From: a bacterium | GTDB taxonomy: Bacteria; Patescibacteriota; Patescibacteriia; UBA1558; S5-K13 | NCBI GenBank assembly: GCA_029555085.1 | Contig: JAKPTO010000052.1 | Span: 1 to 61,599, forward strand | Direction of reading: 5' to 3' | DNA: 61,599 nucleotides | Shown: in pieces, positions 57,534 through 61,599 of the stretch | Layout of the letters: every line of letters starts with the position of its first letter | Numbering within the stretch: the first letter of the stretch is position 1 | Program-made: the position numbers and the translations under genes | The notes under the pieces: model-generated | Told to the model about the DNA's origin: nothing | Seen by the model: only the letters and a program-made list of their open reading frames with translations | Databases searched by the model: none

Positions 57534-59036
57534 ATGAAACAATTAAAATTCCAGAAAACATGGGAAGCTCACGCAATGGGTGCACTGTGGGGAGAGATGG
57601 TTGCAAAAAATTTTTCTTTGAAAAATCCATATAGAAATATTGCTGGTCTTAAAGAGAAGAATGTATTATTTTACTTTGATAAGGATTTAGGGACTCAATT
57701 CTATAATAGATTAGATGAGTTAAAAAATTCATCAATTTTTGGCTATAAAAAATTTTCAGATAAAAAAAACTTTTCTAGATACTTGAATTTGTCAAAAAAA
57801 TCTATAGTTAATTGTGATAAATTATACATTAATTTTTTGAATTCTGATTGGCAAAAGTGGGATGATGTAAAATTATGGAAAGAATTCAAAAAACATGTTT
57901 ATGCTTTTAACTATATTTATACTTTTTATCATGCTTGTCAGCCACAATATTTTGAAAAAATTGAGGACACAATAAATAAATATTTGGAAAAAAATTTTGA
58001 ACAGAATAAAATTTTAAAAATATATAATATCTTAACAACACCCGATAATTTTAACTGTATAAGAATTGAGGAATTTGAATGGTTAAGTATAGTTAAATCT
58101 ATTAAAAATTTAAAAAGTTATAAATTATCCAAAGAAGATTTTTTAAATAAGAAAAAAATAAAAAATCATATTAATAAATATATTGCCCTAGGAACTGTTG
58201 AGGCTAATACTCCGTGGGACTATAAATTTTACTGGAAACGTTTTAATAAAGATTTTAAAAAAAATTTAAATAAAAAAATTCAAAAAATAAAAAATACTAA
58301 AAAAATAGCATTTCAAAATAAATTAAAAATACTAAAAAAATACAATATCGATAAAAAAATAATTGATTTATCAAATAAAGTTTCTGCAATTGGGATATTG
58401 CGTTTAGATATGAGATTTGGTTGGACAAAATTAGGGTATACAACACAACTTATGTTTACTGAACTCGGTAAAAGAAAAATTCATGAATTAATAAATGAAA
58501 ATACTATTTGGGATATTAAATTTGATGAATTAGATAAACTTATATTAAAGAAAAATTTTAAATTAACAAAGAGGGAGATTTTAAATAGAAAAAATGCTTT
58601 TTTATATAATGTTCAAAATGGTAAAATAAATTTTTATGAAGGCATTGCAGCAAAAAAAATTAAAAATAAATTAATTCTAAATGAAAATTATAATTTAAAA
58701 GAATTTAAAGGTTCCATAGCCTGTGTTGGTAGGGTTATTGGAAGAGTAATAAAGTTTAGTTGGACAGAACCCAATCTTATAAAAAAAATGGAGCGCATGA
58801 AAAAGGGAGATATATTAGTTGCTGGCCAGACAAGACCAACGCTTATGACAGCCATTCATAAGGCCGGAGCAATAGTTACCGATGAGGGTGGAATTATATC
58901 TCACGCGGCAATAATATCTAGGGAATTAAAAAAACCCTGCATAATAGGGACTAAAATAGCTACAAAAATATTAAAAGATGGAGATTTGGTGGAGGTTGAT
59001 GCAAACAATGGAATTGTTAAAATATTAAAAGACTAA
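57534..59036 (+). CDS. PEP-utilizing enzyme mobile (phospho-His) domain protein with large helical N-terminus
   Basis: GDILVA..T.P...AGAIVTDEGGIISHAAIISRELKKPCIIGT; no ATP-grasp motif recognised. Confidence 0.85.
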   Translation: MKQLKFQKTWEAHAMGALWGEMVAKNFSLKNPYRNIAGLKEKNVLFYFDKDLGTQFYNRLDELKNSSIFGYKKFSDKKNFSRYLNLSKKSIVNCDKLYINFLNSDWQKWDDVKLWKEFKKHVYAFNYIYTFYHACQPQYFEKIEDTINKYLEKNFEQNKILKIYNILTTPDNFNCIRIEEFEWLSIVKSIKNLKSYKLSKEDFLNKKKIKNHINKYIALGTVEANTPWDYKFYWKRFNKDFKKNLNKKIQKIKNTKKIAFQNKLKILKKYNIDKKIIDLSNKVSAIGILRLDMRFGWTKLGYTTQLMFTELGKRKIHELINENTIWDIKFDELDKLILKKNFKLTKREILNRKNAFLYNVQNGKINFYEGIAAKKIKNKLILNENYNLKEFKGSIACVGRVIGRVIKFSWTEPNLIKKMERMKKGDILVAGQTRPTLMTAIHKAGAIVTDEGGIISHAAIISRELKKPCIIGTKIATKILKDGDLVEVDANNGIVKILKD

Positions 59037-59336
59037 TTATATATTCACAAAAAATTTAAAGATGCGCTAATGTTGCTCCGAATTTGAGCGAGCTTATATT
59101 ATAGAAAAAAGTATAGATAATTTTGATAATGATTTAGAAGAATATTTAGAGGCAAAGTCTCAATAATAATTTATAAAGACTATTCCACATTTCTCAAAAA
59201 ATTACTTGAAAAATTTATTTTAGACTGTATACTATAAATATAGTAAATTAAAAATTATATTTAAAATTTAATGATTGTGAGGTGTGTTAAGGGCTATAAT
59301 AAAATACACTTCTCAATTCAAAATCAATTAACTATT

Positions 59337-60281
59337 ATGAAAAAATTAGCAGTTGTTGCTTTTGGTGGAAACGCTTTACTAAGAGCAGGAGAAAAAGGAA
59401 CCATCGAAGAACAAGAAACAAATGTTTACCAAACATGTGAGGGTTTATTGGGATTAATAAAACAAGATTATGATATTGTCATTGGACATGGTAATGGTCC
59501 ACAAATTGGAAACATACTTTTACAAGTAAATGCAGGAGAGAAACTATATGGCATTCCTGAAATGCCTATGGATATTTGCGGAGCATATTCACAGGGCTTT
59601 ATAGGATATATTATCGAGCAACAGCTTAAAAATTTATTGAATAAACATAAATTGAATCGAAATATTGTTTCAGTTATAACACAAGTGGTAGTTGATAAGA
59701 ACGACAAGGCATTTCAAAACCCCACCAAACCAGTTGGACCGTATTATTCCGAAGAAGAAATGCAAATGTTAAAAGTAAAAAATCCAACGCATGCCTTTGC
59801 AGAAGATCCAAAAGGCAAAGGATGGAGAAGGGTAGTAGCCTCTCCACAACCATTGGAAATTAATAATACCAATGTTATAGAAGAATTAGCTAGAAAAGGT
59901 CATATAGTTATTACGGTTGGCGGAGGGGGAATTCCTGTTTTTTATGTAACAAACCATACTCTACAAGGAATAGATGCTGTTATTGATAAAGATTTAGCGT
60001 CTTCTTTATTGGCAGTTAAAATTAAAGCAGATGAGTTTTATATCTTAACAGATGTTCCTAATGTATTTATCAATTTTCGCAAACCTGATGAAAAAGCCCT
60101 GGATGTCATAACAGTAGCTGAAGCTAAATCATACCTCCAACAAGGCCAATTTACTGAAGGATCTATGGCGCCTAAAATTCGTGCTGCTCTTCATTTTGTA
60201 GAGAATGGTGGAAAGGAGTGTATAATTACTGAAGCCGGACAATTGTCTAATCCTGATTGTGGTACGCGTATCATAGCTTAA
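59337..60281 (+). CDS. arcC: Carbamate kinase
   Basis: AFGGNAL, HGNGPQIG, PTKPVGP, GWRRVVASP, GGGGIPV, VIDKD, GSMAPK. Confidence 0.96.
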   Translation: MKKLAVVAFGGNALLRAGEKGTIEEQETNVYQTCEGLLGLIKQDYDIVIGHGNGPQIGNILLQVNAGEKLYGIPEMPMDICGAYSQGFIGYIIEQQLKNLLNKHKLNRNIVSVITQVVVDKNDKAFQNPTKPVGPYYSEEEMQMLKVKNPTHAFAEDPKGKGWRRVVASPQPLEINNTNVIEELARKGHIVITVGGGGIPVFYVTNHTLQGIDAVIDKDLASSLLAVKIKADEFYILTDVPNVFINFRKPDEKALDVITVAEAKSYLQQGQFTEGSMAPKIRAALHFVENGGKECIITEAGQLSNPDCGTRIIA

Positions 60282-60326
60282 AACAATATCTAAATACAAT
60301 ATAATTAATAATTAAAAATAAATTTT

Positions 60327-61328
60327 ATGGCTTTTAATTTACGAAACAAAAACTTTCTTAAACTATTAGATTTCAACACCAAAGAAATACAATTCTTACT
60401 GGACTTAGCATCTGATTTAAAAAAGGCAAAATATGCAGGTACAGAGCAACCAAGATTAAAAGGAAAAAATATAGTATTGTTGTTTGAAAAAGATTCTACG
60501 CGCACCCGCTGTGCTTTCGAGGTAGCTGCCTTGGATCAAGGAGCACATGTCACATATTTAGGTCCATCTGGCTCGCAAATGGGGAAAAAAGAGTCAATGA
60601 AAGACACTGCCAGAGTATTGGGTAGATTATACGATGGAATAGAATATCGTGGATATTCGCAAGAAATAGTAGAAGCACTTGGTGCTTATGCAGGTGTACC
60701 TGTATGGAATGGACTAACAACCGAATTTCACCCCACTCAAATACTTGCCGATTTTTTAACAATGACAGAGCATTGTAATAAACCTCTGAATAAAATTTCT
60801 TTCTGTTATTTAGGTGATGCTCGTAACAATATGGGGAATTCATTAATGGTAGGTGCTGCTAAAATGGGAATGGATTTCAGAGCTGCAGCTCCTAAGGCCT
60901 GTCAACCAGATGAAAAATTGGTAGCTACTTGCAAACAAATAGCTAGAGAAACCAGCGCTAAAATAACTATTACTGACAATATTGAAAAAGCAGTTAAAGA
61001 TGTGGATTTCTTATATACAGATGTATGGGTATCCATGGGAGAACCAGCAGAAGTATGGGCAGAAAGAATTAAGTTATTAAAACCCTACCAGGTAAATATG
61101 AATGTGGTTAAAAAAACAGCCAATCCCAATGTTAAATTCCTACATTGTTTACCAGCATTTCACAATAGAGAAACAACTATTGGAGAAGAAATTTTTCAAA
61201 AATATGGTTTAGAATCCATGGAAGTTACAGAGGATGTTTTTGAATCACCTATGTCAATTGTCTTTGATGAAGCTGAAAACCGTTTACATACTATCAAAGC
61301 AGTGATGGTAGCCACACTAGGACAATAA
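60327..61328 (+). CDS. arcB: Ornithine carbamoyltransferase (probably catabolic)
   Basis: [27 protein letters not shown]; follows arcC. Confidence 0.93.
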   Translation: MAFNLRNKNFLKLLDFNTKEIQFLLDLASDLKKAKYAGTEQPRLKGKNIVLLFEKDSTRTRCAFEVAALDQGAHVTYLGPSGSQMGKKESMKDTARVLGRLYDGIEYRGYSQEIVEALGAYAGVPVWNGLTTEFHPTQILADFLTMTEHCNKPLNKISFCYLGDARNNMGNSLMVGAAKMGMDFRAAAPKACQPDEKLVATCKQIARETSAKITITDNIEKAVKDVDFLYTDVWVSMGEPAEVWAERIKLLKPYQVNMNVVKKTANPNVKFLHCLPAFHNRETTIGEEIFQKYGLESMEVTEDVFESPMSIVFDEAENRLHTIKAVMVATLGQ

Positions 61329-61369
61329 ATTATATTATCATTCTAAATATCTTTATAGCATTTAATACT

Positions 61370-61398
61370 AAAAACACTGATGTATCAGTGTTTTTTTG
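61370..61398 (+). terminator. Intrinsic terminator
   Basis: AAAAACACTGA-TGTA-TCAGTGTTTTTTT. Confidence 0.8.
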
Positions 61399-61464
61399 AT
61401 TGATTTTTGACTCAAAATATGAGAAGATTATAGTAATATTAATATAATATAATTATTTAAAAAT

Positions 61465-61599
61465 ATGAGAGAACAAGAATATTTTCCAAATACAGATCCA
61501 CAGGTAGATATTTCACAAGAAATAGATCAACAAGCAATCGAGCAGGAAATGATAAAAAAATTATCAAGAGGCTTCAATATAGATGAAGCTATAAATGAA
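61465..61599 (+). CDS. Hypothetical protein, 5' part (runs off window end)
   Basis: Open frame MREQEYFPNTDPQVDISQEIDQQAIEQEMIKKLSRGFNIDEAINE. Confidence 0.55.
   Translation, partial: MREQEYFPNTDPQVDISQEIDQQAIEQEMIKKLSRGFNIDEAINE

Noticed and set aside
59040-59170. Possible gene remnant (AYIIEKSIDNFDNDLEEYLEAKSQ*) upstream of arcC
   Set aside because: Too short, with no recognisable homology or start
1-61599. CRISPR array, cas genes, reverse transcriptase, integrase or transposase
   Set aside because: No regularly spaced repeat-spacer array and no ORF with the relevant motifs was seen
1-61599. Alternative genetic code (TGA = Gly) as in Gracilibacteria/Absconditabacteria
   Set aside because: Conserved genes are full length under the standard code and several (amrS, miaA) end at TGA in the expected place

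Overview
AT-rich bacterial chromosomal segment that reads with the standard genetic code (TGA acts as stop; tRNA-Trp has anticodon CCA). Most starts lack a Shine-Dalgarno motif. Gene content suggests Patescibacteria/CPR (Parcubacteria-like), which is an inference. In order the window holds: a fermentation cluster (pfkB, pduL, ackA, 2-oxoacid:ferredoxin oxidoreductase alpha/beta/gamma, gap); a restriction-modification island (DpnI-like nuclease, MGMT-like protein, MTase-putative REase-MTase); a glycosyltransferase cluster interrupted by a duplication, a palindrome and a GIY-YIG nuclease; an AmmeMemoRadiSam-type locus; a 7TM / degenerate asparaginase / NDT-RHH operon; housekeeping genes (argS, gatB, miaA, miaB, guaB, thrS, dnaE, rodA, asnS, aspS, scpAB, tpiA); a GLUG-repeat surface protein; four tRNAs and rpmG; and arcC-arcB. 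Most notable: (1) a thrS T-box riboswitch with an apparently ultra-short Stem I (ACC in a terminal loop), a long insert in the antiterminator and a terminator; (2) dispersed TGTCAT-tagged REP-like palindromes, one directly upstream of a GIY-YIG nuclease; (3) a possible kinase-less signalling operon; (4) a small islet with a HEPN-motif gene; (5) a +1 frameshift separating the DnaE C-terminal domain. All calls come from reading motifs by eye; no database searches were run.
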